64,000 nucleotides of DNA, from assembly GCA_964595645.1 (NCBI GenBank), contig CAZQQT010000002.1:64001-128000 (forward strand), in the 5' to 3' direction. Position numbers and translations under genes: made by a program. The notes beneath the pieces were generated by a model. It was not told the DNA's origin. It saw only the letters and a program-made list of their open reading frames with translations, and did not search any database. Below, piece after piece: positions 1 to 10,295 of the stretch (its first letter is position 1; each line of letters opens with the position of its first letter). Source of the stretch: an uncultured Thermococci archaeon (GTDB lineage Archaea; Methanobacteriota_B; Thermococci; Methanofastidiosales; B48-G16).

Positions 1-752
1 TTCGCTGCGAATATAATTCCATTTCTCGCTTTTAAATAAGCTTGAAGATTACTTATTTGATCACTCCCTATAGTTCCAGCTGTTGCAGATTTTTTATGAT
101 AAATAATAGAATTAGGCACGACTCTTATACCATATCCTCTTCTCTTGGTCCTCAAAGAAAAATCGACATCTTCACAATAGGCGAAGTACGTCGGATCTAA
201 CATTCCAACCTTTTTTATCACTTCTGTCCGTATTAGCATCGCACAACCACTCGCAAACTCTGGTTCAAGAGGAGAGGTATAATTTTCTGAATTTTTACCC
301 TTTCCTATGTTTTTAAAGAGGCCTAAGGGATATAGTATTTTTCCCCCCATTGAATGTATTTTATCAGACTTATAGTATAAAATTTTCGGATTTAATATTC
401 CAACATTAGAATGGATCTCTGCGTATTCAATAAGCACATTTAAAAAACTAGCCTTTACCACTGTGTCATTATTGAGAAGAAGAACATAATCAGCATTTTC
501 TTCCATTGCTAACTTTATGCCTTGATTGTTGGCTTTACAATATCCCAAATTCTTTTTATTTTCAATAACACTCACAGATTTGAAATTTTTAGAAATATAA
601 GTTGATTCATCTTTTTCCGATCCGTTATCTACCACTACTATTTTATAATTTTCATATCCTAGCCTTTGGAGCGAATAAAGGCATTCTATTGTATCTTCTA
701 ATCCATTCCAATTGAGAATTATTACATACACCAATGGATCTTTATTTTCCAT
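1..752 (-). CDS. GT2 family glycosyltransferase (WbbL/rhamnosyltransferase-like), runs off window start
   Basis: Manual translation MENKDPLVYVIILNWNG...VVVDNGS...LLLNNDT...ASGCAMLI...YCEDVDFS; GGAG RBS upstream; not in ORF track because it is open-ended. Confidence 0.9.
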   Translation of the reverse strand, partial: MENKDPLVYVIILNWNGLEDTIECLYSLQRLGYENYKIVVVDNGSEKDESTYISKNFKSVSVIENKKNLGYCKANNQGIKLAMEENADYVLLLNNDTVVKASFLNVLIEYAEIHSNVGILNPKILYYKSDKIHSMGGKILYPLGLFKNIGKGKNSENYTSPLEPEFASGCAMLIRTEVIKKVGMLDPTYFAYCEDVDFSLRTKRRGYGIRVVPNSIIYHKKSATAGTIGSDQISNLQAYLKARNGIIFAA

Positions 753-789
753 AATGAAACTCCTTTTTCTCTTTATATCATGATTTTTA

Positions 790-2313
790 TCATTTTTCTA
801 GCACTTCTTGAAGAACTTTCCCATCCATATCTTTTGGTGGTTCAATATTCATGAGAGAAAGGATAGTAGGCGCTAAATCAATAATTTCAACGTTTTTTAC
901 TACATTTCCCCTTTTTATTCCATTGCCATATATAATGAATGTACCATAGAGCCTATGTTCTCCCGATTTCAATGTCTTAGGATCAGAAAAAATGTTTCCC
1001 GACGGAAACGCAAATGTCATAGAACTTGCATAAGAGAAGTTCTTCATCGAAAAGCTTATATCAGGTAAAAGATTTGTTTTTTTCCCTTTGTATATATCTT
1101 CTTTAAACCAGATCTCATCCACTACTTTTTCATCAGTTTCAGGATCTTTTAGTTCTTGAAGCTGTTCATTTATTTCCTTTCTTACCAAATCATGCTCATT
1201 TTTATTTTTAGTAATTTTAAGATTCTCTTTATTCAAAAATATTGAGCCATAATATCCAAATGAGTATGCCTTTGTTTTTTTCCAGTTTATATCCTTCCAT
1301 GTATAACTTGTAGCATCCAAAACTTTTTTCTTTAGATCAAAAGGCAATATATCCGATAATTTAGCTCCACCTATCTTTAAAGCAATTTTTATCAATCTAT
1401 CAGTATCTATTCCGAGAGAAATTAAAATTTTTTTCATTTTGGCAGAGTGCGATGTTTTTATTTTAAGATACTCTTTTTGTTTTAACCATTCATTGATATT
1501 CACATCTTTAAGATACTTTCCAAACCCGTGATCGGACATGATAATTATCACTGTTTCTTCTGGCATATAATCCATCATTCTTCCTAAAATACCATCTATT
1601 TTTGAATAGACATTGTATATAGCACTAGAAAACGTTTCATGGTCTTCGTACTGAGGGTGTGTCTCGTCCATGTATTTCCAGTACCAATGTTGCATATGGT
1701 CTGCCCCCATGAAAGTTACCATAAAAAAATCCCAATTTTCTTTTTTGTAGAGGTATTCAGCTATATTTCCGTGAAGATCAGTTAATTCTAATATATCGTT
1801 CATATAAGATTCTCTATCTTTATTTCTATCGCTGTATCTTGTTTTTTCTGTCAGTCGAAATCTAGGAAATTTTTTTATAAGCTCATTCTTCAATTTCACT
1901 GGATATGTAAAATTATTTTCAAGGGAAGGAGTCATAAACCCAGAGATTAGATATCCATTAACTTTTTCTGGGGGATATGTAAAAGGAACGTTCATTACAC
2001 AGCATTTTTTTCCATGATCGGACAAAATTTTCCAGATGGCTTTCTCTGTTCTGTGCTCTCCCCAATTAATATCTAGCTCATATTTTTCATTAAGTTTATA
2101 AAAACTAAATTGACCGTGTTTTCCAGGATTTTTTCCTGTCATGAAAGAAGACCACGCACAGGGAGTAAGAGGGGGAATGGTAGATTTCATTTTCCCCCAC
2201 GATCCCTCCTTTAGAAGCTTTTGAAAATGAGGAAGTTTATCTCTCTCAGTCCATCTTCGGATTAACTCTAACTCTGCACCATCTATACCTAAAATGAATA
2301 CTTTTCTTTTCAT
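790..2313 (-). CDS. Alkaline phosphatase superfamily protein (COG3379, type I phosphodiesterase/nucleotide pyrophosphatase-like)
   Basis: ILGIDGA, STIPPLTPCAWSSFMTGKNPGKHG (Thr nucleophile region), DHMQH, MSDHGF, SGEH, DLAPTIL. Confidence 0.9.
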   Translation of the reverse strand: MKRKVFILGIDGAELELIRRWTERDKLPHFQKLLKEGSWGKMKSTIPPLTPCAWSSFMTGKNPGKHGQFSFYKLNEKYELDINWGEHRTEKAIWKILSDHGKKCCVMNVPFTYPPEKVNGYLISGFMTPSLENNFTYPVKLKNELIKKFPRFRLTEKTRYSDRNKDRESYMNDILELTDLHGNIAEYLYKKENWDFFMVTFMGADHMQHWYWKYMDETHPQYEDHETFSSAIYNVYSKIDGILGRMMDYMPEETVIIIMSDHGFGKYLKDVNINEWLKQKEYLKIKTSHSAKMKKILISLGIDTDRLIKIALKIGGAKLSDILPFDLKKKVLDATSYTWKDINWKKTKAYSFGYYGSIFLNKENLKITKNKNEHDLVRKEINEQLQELKDPETDEKVVDEIWFKEDIYKGKKTNLLPDISFSMKNFSYASSMTFAFPSGNIFSDPKTLKSGEHRLYGTFIIYGNGIKRGNVVKNVEIIDLAPTILSLMNIEPPKDMDGKVLQEVLEK

Positions 2314-2340
2314 TTAATTTCACTCTTACATTTGCGTTGA

Positions 2341-3894
2341 TCAAACTGTATTTCGAATATGACTATTTATCTTCAACTTATAAAAAGGAAATTCTTCTAT
2401 ATCTATTAACGTAATATCATGTTTAACAAGTTCTTTAGTTAAATTTTCCAGATTTTCAGAAAAATATATAGTATATCCGTCTTTTTTCAATAAATTTATT
2501 ACCCTGAGAAGTTCATCAATATCTCTTTTTCCGTTCTCAAAATCTTGACAAAGAAAAATAGGCCTTGCATCTATTATGATTTTATCACTCATTTTTACCA
2601 AAAATACACTTTTTTCATGTGTATTTTTTATCTTCAATTTCGTTTCTTGGGCTTCATTCATATAAGTTTTAATGTCTACTATCCCTCTAGTACCTGTATC
2701 GAAAGAGAATAAAAAAATAAATACTATTAAAACAGTAATTAGTGGTATTCTTATATACTTTCTTTTTTTAAATAAATAATAGAAGGCATAAGAAGTTCCT
2801 ATTACTAGTAAAACATGTATAGGAAGAAAATACCTCGAATAAGAGGATTGAATAGCGGTAGTACCAAATCCACAACCACCAGATGTTCTACCATGGATTA
2901 AAAATAGATATACGCTCAATAAGATGAGACTTAATATCCATAACCTTAGATATTTTCTCTTTAGGACGATACTAAAAATACCTAACACACCAATCGAGGA
3001 GATAATTGGACAGTATTTTAAAAAATATGTAGTAAAGTTTGTCATCATTGGTTCTAATCGGATTTTTGGGATCATGAACGTTTTTGCCAAGCTTTTTTCA
3101 TGTGACAAACTGAAGTTTGTGGTTCTCCCCGTTTCTACAAAAGAACCAAATATTTCTCTATAAATACCTAAATAAAGGAGTACTAAAAGGAAAACTGTTG
3201 CGCTAATCACGATCACTGCTTTATAATTTAAAAATTTTTTGAAATGGACCAATGTTGGAAAGAGAAAGGACAGACCTGCAATTATAAGAGGCGTTCGTAT
3301 CACTACCGTAAGAGTAAAAAATACCATGCTTAGTACTAAATATCTTAATTTATTATCTTTTAGAAATCTATTAAAACAGAAGAGAGCGCCAAACCAGAAA
3401 GATATAGCGGGGATGATGTCCATGTGCACTTGGGAATACAACATGTAGGAAGGGAAGATTCCTAACAATAATGTTCCAATTATACCAATTTTTTCTGTAA
3501 AAAGGTCTTTTAGAAACATATAGAAGAACACCAATCCCATAAAAGAAATCATAGGGATTAAGAACATATTAAACGAAAAAATGAATGATAGAGATGACAA
3601 AATAGAGAAATATACAGAATATTTTGTTATATATGTATTTTTCCGAGTTTCTAACATCCCTCTAGGATGAAAATACGATGTAGCATACTTTTCATTCAAT
3701 TCCGAACTCCAGAAAATTTCACCGTTTTGTTCTATGTTTTTTGCTGTAAAAATTAAGCTACTCTCATCGGGATTAAAGGAAACGGAGTTGTCCATATTTA
3801 AAGGCGAACGAATTGTTGTATAGAAAAATAGTGTATATATTATTACAATACTGAAGAAAAGTATCCTTTGGTCAATTTTCAAGTTCTTAAACAT
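2341..3894 (-). CDS. Multi-pass GT-C-like glycosyltransferase (PMT/ArnT-like)
   Basis: About 11 hydrophobic segments, PDE motif after TM1, RYFLP motif, glycan-locus context. Confidence 0.65.
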   Translation of the reverse strand: MFKNLKIDQRILFFSIVIIYTLFFYTTIRSPLNMDNSVSFNPDESSLIFTAKNIEQNGEIFWSSELNEKYATSYFHPRGMLETRKNTYITKYSVYFSILSSLSFIFSFNMFLIPMISFMGLVFFYMFLKDLFTEKIGIIGTLLLGIFPSYMLYSQVHMDIIPAISFWFGALFCFNRFLKDNKLRYLVLSMVFFTLTVVIRTPLIIAGLSFLFPTLVHFKKFLNYKAVIVISATVFLLVLLYLGIYREIFGSFVETGRTTNFSLSHEKSLAKTFMIPKIRLEPMMTNFTTYFLKYCPIISSIGVLGIFSIVLKRKYLRLWILSLILLSVYLFLIHGRTSGGCGFGTTAIQSSYSRYFLPIHVLLVIGTSYAFYYLFKKRKYIRIPLITVLIVFIFLFSFDTGTRGIVDIKTYMNEAQETKLKIKNTHEKSVFLVKMSDKIIIDARPIFLCQDFENGKRDIDELLRVINLLKKDGYTIYFSENLENLTKELVKHDITLIDIEEFPFYKLKINSHIRNTV

Positions 3895-4993
3895 TACCCC
3901 TCACCTTTTCCAATATTCTAACAATTTCATTAGCGGGACTGCAATTTTTAGCTCTCTTGAGAATTTTTTCAGCTTCATATCCTTCATAATTCTTAACAAA
4001 ATAAATTATTTTTTTCTTATTAAATCCCGCTAAAAAAATGTTGGAATGAACTGTTCGCTCAGTATACTCTCTCAATACACAACAAGGGACACCTAGATAA
4101 TAACTTTCTTCTTGCGGTCCCCCCCCATCTGTTATAAGACAAACAGAATTATTTAAAAACCTGACAAATGAGAAATAATCTAGGATATCCATAATTTTTA
4201 TATTATTCTTCTGTTCCAGTAAATGAAGCAAGTTAAAAGATTTTAGTTTTACTTTTGTAGATTCATGTAGAGGAAATATAATTAATTTATCTTTTGATAT
4301 TTCATTTAATACAGAGATAATGGATTCCATTCTTTTTTTTGATGAAATGGTTTCAAAACGGTGAATAGAAACTAATATATATTCTCTTGAAGGTGGGACA
4401 AGACCTTTTTTACTTGATATAGCTATTTTAACTGCATTAAAAAGAGTATTTAAACTAGTATCGTAAACTTTTCCGTTTATTTTTTCCTTTAATAAGTTTT
4501 GATAACCATTATTAATACCATCTGTAAATAAGTAATCAGAACTCCTATCAACTATTTTTCTTATTAGTTCCTCTGGAAATGGTTGAAATATATTATGAGA
4601 GCGTAGTCCAGCTTCTACATGTGCTATTCTAAGCTTGTCCAATTTTCCAAGAATAAGGCCAAGTAAAGCTGGCGGAGCATCTCCATGAACCAAGAGGATG
4701 TTAGTATCTTCATTGCCCTTTTTAAATATATTATACTTCTTGAGAAGACCGTATTTACAAATATTTTTGTTCATCCACCATATAACTTCTTTAACGTTTG
4801 TTATATTTTTTCCAACACCTTCTAAAGTAAAATCTGGATCTTTTAGAGCGAATAATTTAGATATTTCATCTAGAATTTTTGTATGTTGATTAGCATTAAT
4901 AAAATTATACTCTATCTCTCTTTTATCCATCTCTTTCATTATAGGAGCCATTTTTATAAGTTGTCCTTTCGTCCCTATTAATATATTAATCAT
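3887..4993 (-). CDS. wecB: UDP-N-acetylglucosamine 2-epimerase
   Basis: VHGD, AHVEAGLRS, PFPEE, TDGGGPQEE motifs. Confidence 0.88.
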   Translation of the reverse strand: MINILIGTKGQLIKMAPIMKEMDKREIEYNFINANQHTKILDEISKLFALKDPDFTLEGVGKNITNVKEVIWWMNKNICKYGLLKKYNIFKKGNEDTNILLVHGDAPPALLGLILGKLDKLRIAHVEAGLRSHNIFQPFPEELIRKIVDRSSDYLFTDGINNGYQNLLKEKINGKVYDTSLNTLFNAVKIAISSKKGLVPPSREYILVSIHRFETISSKKRMESIISVLNEISKDKLIIFPLHESTKVKLKSFNLLHLLEQKNNIKIMDILDYFSFVRFLNNSVCLITDGGGPQEESYYLGVPCCVLREYTERTVHSNIFLAGFNKKKIIYFVKNYEGYEAEKILKRAKNCSPANEIVRILEKVRGNV

Positions 4994-5234
4994 CTTTTCT
5001 ACCTGTTATAACTTTACTCAAACTGAACCTAGTAATTTATACTTTAGCCAATGTATATATTGGTACAGTAATAAGTTTCTGTCAAGTTAACCTATATTGG
5101 GAGATCTCCTCAATTTCACTTATCTTACCTATATCTACCACTCCAAATATTACTATTAAGAACCTGAATGTCTTCATGTGTAATACTGTCCGATCTTTTT
5201 CCATTTTTTTTACTCCTACAATCATATTTTCAAA

Positions 5235-6112
5235 TTATTTATTGCAATACATTTCTATGAAGTACCCTATTAAGTTTAAAAAATATTGTATAAAAAAGAG
5301 AAGTAATATCATTGGAAAATATTTTGTAGACGAAGATTCACTTATGATGCATTTAAAAGATTTTAAGCGTCCTTCTATATGTTTTTTCTTTAAGTTCTTT
5401 GATTTCTCAAATTCATATGCTGATTTTCCTCTCCTAATTTGCCATTCAATGAATTCTTTTATACTGTCTCTACATTCATGATAGACTGTAGCATGATCTA
5501 TATATCTTATTTTTATAGATTTTTCTTTTAATCTTTCAGCTAACTCAATATCTTCTGTTCCAAACTTTAAATCTTCACTAAAATACCCAATTTCTTTAAT
5601 AAAGATCCTCTAATAGCAAAATTTCCAGTACATAAATGGGAGGTGTACCCATTTTCATCTACCTTCCACATGGTTTTAAATCCTATATACCCCCCTCCGG
5701 GAAATCCAAGATAACTAATAGAATCTGCCAAATAACCTTGGCCCAAAGGTATTCTAACTCCGGCAGTTGTAACTAATTCCTTTTTTTCAATTATTGGAAG
5801 AGTAAGATTTCTGAGCCAGTGTTTGTTAATAGGTTCTTCATCGTCATCTATGAAAACAATAATTTCCCCTTCGCTATGTCTAATACCTACATTTCTATAG
5901 TAAGAAATCCCTTTCCCCTTTGGTTTATAGTATATTTTTATTCTTTTGTTTTTCAGTAAATTTTCCTTTAATGGATTTTGAGTTACCAATACTATTTCAT
6001 ATTCGTAGTTAATTTTTTGGGCCAATAGCTTTTCAATCAGTTTGTACAATGTTGATCTACCTAAGGTAATAATAACAACTGATATTTTGCAATGGGCCTT
6101 GTCATCGCTCAT
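5235..6112 (-). pseudogene. GT2 glycosyltransferase split by a one-base frameshift near 5595
   Basis: N-half (FIDDD) in ORF 5567-6154; the -1 frame continues EIGYFSEDLKFGTEDIELAERL...VYHECR...WQIRRG to TAA at 5235; GGTGA RBS before ATG 6112. Confidence 0.85.
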
Positions 6113-6197
6113 GAATTTATCACCTTTAATTGGCAATTTACTCAATTGACACATTATGGTTCTCTATTAATTTTCACTTTTAATATATCTCTATTAT

Positions 6198-6479
6198 TCA
6201 TTTTCTTTGTATTTTCATATAAACTAGGCCTATAGCTATCCCTATCAACGCCGATGTAATTAAAGTTACATTTATGAGTGTTATTTGTATCTCAAAAATC
6301 CAATGAACCCAGAAAACAACTAATGGTACAATTGCTACAGACATCCCTATAGATAACGCCATTCTTTCTATCGCCTCTATCTCTCCTTTGTCAAAAAATA
6401 CGTAACTCCACACAAGTCCAGGAAGAAACAATACAAACATTAAACCAAAAATCATTTTTAATATTTCATCAATTCCCAT
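6198..6479 (-). CDS. Small membrane protein (DUF1616-like)
   Basis: LFLPG...IERMALSIGMSVAIVPL pattern, 3 TM. Confidence 0.7.
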   Translation of the reverse strand: MGIDEILKMIFGLMFVLFLPGLVWSYVFFDKGEIEAIERMALSIGMSVAIVPLVVFWVHWIFEIQITLINVTLITSALIGIAIGLVYMKIQRK

Positions 6480-7414
6480 TATTTTCTCCCTTTTAACTTA
6501 TATAAAATCTCTTCTTGGAGCTCACGGTGAGTTCTTAACATATCTGCGAGCAGCCCGAAGATCATAAACTGCACTCCTACAAAGATGAAGAGAAGAGTGA
6601 GTAGTCCTCTTCCAGTATATCCTGCGAATGTACCTTTAATAAGATAATTCCTGAGAACCGCAAATCCTGGGATAAAACTGAGAAAGATAAATACAATACC
6701 CAATCCTGTGAAAACTTTTACTGGATTGTAGTCTCTATATGTCCTAAGGATTGTAACGGCGGCATTTTTAGCGTAGTGAAACACATTTGGTATTAGTCGC
6801 GATTTTCCTTCTCGTTTGCGGAAAGTCACTGGTACTTCTTTGATTTTGAGATTTTTGTGTGCCGCTTGGATGATTGTCTCCTGTACATACGTGTACCCTC
6901 CAAGAATATTTATTTTCAACGCTGCTTCCCGGGAAAATGCGCGGAATCCTGTTTGAGCATCTTTCACCGGATATCCTGCTACTCTTCGGGTGATCCATGT
7001 GGCAATTTTGTTTCCCTGCCTTTTTTGCCATGGCATGTGATCGAGTTCATTGATTTGTCTAGTTCCCAACACGATATCTGCCGTTCCATTGAGGATTGGA
7101 GCAATAAGCAGTGGCATTTCATGGGGATCATACTGCCCATCAGCATCAATATTGACAAAAATATCCGCATTCATTCCCAATGCTTCACTCATTCCTCTTT
7201 TGAACGTTTGTGCCAGCCCAAGGTTCTTTTTGTTGGAGAATACGTGATCTGCTCCTGCTAGTTTCGCCTGTTCCACAGTGTTATCGTTGGAACCGTCATC
7301 TATTACTATCACCTGAATCTCATCTATTCCTTCTATACTTTGAGGTATTTCCTCTATCACAGTACCAATATTCTGTTCCTCGTTGTACGCGGGAATCATT
7401 ATAACTAGTTTCAT
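6479..7414 (-). CDS. GT2 polyprenol-phosphate glycosyltransferase (DPM1-like, two C-terminal TMs)
   Basis: IPAYNEE, DDGS, IDADGQY, DAQTGFRA. Confidence 0.9.
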   Translation of the reverse strand: MKLVIMIPAYNEEQNIGTVIEEIPQSIEGIDEIQVIVIDDGSNDNTVEQAKLAGADHVFSNKKNLGLAQTFKRGMSEALGMNADIFVNIDADGQYDPHEMPLLIAPILNGTADIVLGTRQINELDHMPWQKRQGNKIATWITRRVAGYPVKDAQTGFRAFSREAALKINILGGYTYVQETIIQAAHKNLKIKEVPVTFRKREGKSRLIPNVFHYAKNAAVTILRTYRDYNPVKVFTGLGIVFIFLSFIPGFAVLRNYLIKGTFAGYTGRGLLTLLFIFVGVQFMIFGLLADMLRTHRELQEEILYKLKGRK

Positions 7415-7478
7415 TATACCGCCTTGGCTATATAGTTTCTCTGAATATTTTTCTACAGTATAAATATAAAAACTTTCC

Positions 7479-9233
7479 TTATTTCTTTTCTTTTATCTTC
7501 CATACTCTATGACCATCTGAAGAGAAAACAAGTTCGAATCTCTCTGCATCATGAGCGATGGTTGCAAAAATTTCTTCGTATCTTCCCTTTTCTGGAGAAT
7601 CATATACGTACTGAGCACTTATATCCGTAAACATGGTGTAATAATACGTTGAACTTTCATGAAGCGGTAGCCCCTTTTTAATCTTGGCTTTAAAATTTCT
7701 CCATTTGAAGGGCATCACAGTATTTTCTCCGTACCATGAGAGCACACCGTTATACTCTCCTACTACCACTGTATCTCTCACTCCTCTATGTATAATATCA
7801 AATTCATTAGGCCATTTTTTCCCCGGCGTTTCTATATAGAGAGGATTCAATGAATCCATCTCCAGTTCTGATGGGATCGGTTCGCCACTTTCTGTGGCTG
7901 CTCCAAAAATAACGAAAATTAATGCTATCAGGAACAAGAATTGTGTCATTATCTCCTTCTCTTTGAAAATTTTATTCCAGAGCTTCGAGATTTCTATTCC
8001 TGCGAACAATGCGAATACCCCATAGAATGATGCGAAGTATCGTACGTGAAAATGGCCAAAGGCAGATAAAAATATAAAAAAATACGTGACAAAGGAAAAA
8101 AGAACAAAATTCGCAAAAAGATCCTTTCTATTTCTTATAAAGTATACTACTACAAATATCAGCGCAGGGAAGAGAACAAAGAACCTCAATGTCACTGAAA
8201 ATATCGTTAAATCTTCTATATTCGTTGGGATGGTCCATGCCATATTGAATCTTACTATCTCATAAATTTCGCCCTTAAATAAACCTGAAAGTAGCGGAGG
8301 GAATGGGTTCCCATAGTATACAAGATTTTTTAAATACCAGAAAGCCGCTGGTATGAAAAGTGGCAATCTATACATTGTTTTTGTAGCATATCTTTTATAC
8401 AAGAGCAACAAAACTATTAGAAGTGCTATCACGCCGCCACTATACTTTGTGAGCATGCACAGACAGCAGGAGATGAAAAGGAGTGTCAGGGTAAACTCTT
8501 CTTTCTTTTTCAAATATCTATACAATAGATAGAAAGAGAGTGTAGAAAAAAAGATCAATGGTCCCTCCTGGAGTAGCATGGTAGTGTGCACGATCCCTAT
8601 GGACATCACGAAAGAGATAAGTACAAAATATTTTGTTTCTTCTTTGTTAGAATACTCTTTTGACCAGTATATCAATACGAAAAATGTTAACATCGTGTAA
8701 AAAATCGGTATTCCTACCGTTGTAGTATCAAAGAAATTGTTAAACATGCCAAATAACAACGCAATTTTCGTGTAGAGCAAGGGAGGATACGCAAACACGT
8801 ACCGGATATTGGAGAGATCATAGCGAGGAAGTTCTCCGTTCTCGACAATAGTTCTTCCATAATGGAGGTATGTGGAGAATGAGTCCGGCCAGAAAGGAGG
8901 GAACCTATTTTTTACTATAAAAAGTACGAATACAAAAAGCACAGCTAGGAGCATATATTCTTTTTTCATGTTTTTGGGCGGGATCTTCATTCTATATCTC
9001 AATAGATATCCAGATACCAGAATTGCGATAAGCGTTACTACTAGAATTATCTCCGCATTAAAATAGAAAAGAGAAAAAATTTCCAAAAAAGAACACAGAA
9101 TAAATTCAGAGATGAGTATCGATGTCACTATACTCATAAATTCAATTTTTTTACCGAATGTCACTATATGAAACAACACAGGAAAAAAGATCATTGCTGC
9201 CAGACTAAAAAATATATATTGTGGATGTATCAT
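7479..9233 (-). CDS. Multi-pass GT-C-like glycosyltransferase (family 39-like)
   Basis: WPDSFSTYL, YPPL, TKYSG, WYLKNLVYYGNPF, RYF motifs; many TMs. Confidence 0.7.
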   Translation of the reverse strand: MIHPQYIFFSLAAMIFFPVLFHIVTFGKKIEFMSIVTSILISEFILCSFLEIFSLFYFNAEIILVVTLIAILVSGYLLRYRMKIPPKNMKKEYMLLAVLFVFVLFIVKNRFPPFWPDSFSTYLHYGRTIVENGELPRYDLSNIRYVFAYPPLLYTKIALLFGMFNNFFDTTTVGIPIFYTMLTFFVLIYWSKEYSNKEETKYFVLISFVMSIGIVHTTMLLQEGPLIFFSTLSFYLLYRYLKKKEEFTLTLLFISCCLCMLTKYSGGVIALLIVLLLLYKRYATKTMYRLPLFIPAAFWYLKNLVYYGNPFPPLLSGLFKGEIYEIVRFNMAWTIPTNIEDLTIFSVTLRFFVLFPALIFVVVYFIRNRKDLFANFVLFSFVTYFFIFLSAFGHFHVRYFASFYGVFALFAGIEISKLWNKIFKEKEIMTQFLFLIALIFVIFGAATESGEPIPSELEMDSLNPLYIETPGKKWPNEFDIIHRGVRDTVVVGEYNGVLSWYGENTVMPFKWRNFKAKIKKGLPLHESSTYYYTMFTDISAQYVYDSPEKGRYEEIFATIAHDAERFELVFSSDGHRVWKIKEKK

Positions 9234-9751
9234 GGTGCTTCCTTACTTTTTCTCTCATTATATATCTTCTTCCCATACAGGATCAGCGCGTTTATTACCA
9301 CCGCAAGTACAATATACACATAGTAGTTTTGGTAGTGGAGAATCAGTTGCACTTCCTCACTTTTACCCCCTTCGTACTCAATCCATATAGTGATCGTGTA
9401 CGTGCCCGGGGCTGTATAAAGTGGAAGATCCATCTTATGCGTGCCTTCGTGGATTTCAGAGGGATACAGATCCTCCTCCCATTCGATAGAAGTTCTGTTG
9501 ACTACAAAGTTTCCCAGCGTGGTATATTTTACTCTGCTTTTGATTGATTTTGTCTGTACTATCGCAGATGAAACGTTTTTCACTGTCATATCCATTACTA
9601 ACTTTTCTCCAGATTTTATTGAGAGTTCATCATTCATCAATTTCAGCTCTAGAGTGGATTTTTCTTCTGTTTTTGAGATTTCCCCGTATACTACGGTGAA
9701 AAATAATGCTACGAGCAGACAGAGAGCGAGGCACCTCTTCTCCATATGCAC
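9230..9751 (-). CDS. Secreted, membrane-anchored beta-sandwich protein, function unknown
   Basis: N-terminal signal peptide, PGTYTITI motif, C-terminal TM. Confidence 0.65.
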   Translation of the reverse strand: MHMEKRCLALCLLVALFFTVVYGEISKTEEKSTLELKLMNDELSIKSGEKLVMDMTVKNVSSAIVQTKSIKSRVKYTTLGNFVVNRTSIEWEEDLYPSEIHEGTHKMDLPLYTAPGTYTITIWIEYEGGKSEEVQLILHYQNYYVYIVLAVVINALILYGKKIYNERKSKEAP

Positions 9752-9823
9752 ACTTCCAAAAGAAGGTATATAAAATTTTCTAAATCACAACTTTTTTATG
9801 CTGTCTACTAATATAGAGAAGCA

Positions 9824-10291
9824 ATGGATATATTAATGAAACCCTCCGCAATTACCGTTTTATATACTCTTTCTACAGTGACACTTGTAGTTCCTGTTCT
9901 AATTTTTGATTTGATAGATTATAGGTTCGCAGAAGTAGCTGTAGTTATTTCTTTACTTTTATATATAGTGTACTCTGTTTTAGAAAAATATCTGGAGGCA
10001 AAAGAAGAACTACTACTCTATCAGGCGTCTTTCTTTCTCCTCATCGGAGCTTTTTTGTCACTGGGAGAAACATTATATTATTTCCCTCTCTTCCTTTTTC
10101 CTTACACCGTAATAATGAGAAAGGAGATTGATTTTAATTCGAACGAACTGCTGAAAGTAGGTTTTTCCGTGCTTGCGTTTTGGATACTTCTCATACAATT
10201 CAACGATCTTGGATATTTTGGGCTTTTTCTTGCTATCAGCGCTGGACTTCTCATATACCTTCTGAATGATGTTATAGAAAGCAAAGAATAA
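9824..10291 (+). CDS. Hypothetical membrane protein
   Basis: 155-aa hydrophobic ORF filling the gap between two minus-strand genes. Confidence 0.65.
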   Translation: MDILMKPSAITVLYTLSTVTLVVPVLIFDLIDYRFAEVAVVISLLLYIVYSVLEKYLEAKEELLLYQASFFLLIGAFLSLGETLYYFPLFLFPYTVIMRKEIDFNSNELLKVGFSVLAFWILLIQFNDLGYFGLFLAISAGLLIYLLNDVIESKE

Positions 10292-10295
10292 GTTA

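Noticed and set aside
5082-5204. 40-aa minus-strand ORF with an AGGAG RBS (MEKDRTVLHMKTFRF...)
   Set aside because: No recognisable homology; may be a remnant or chance
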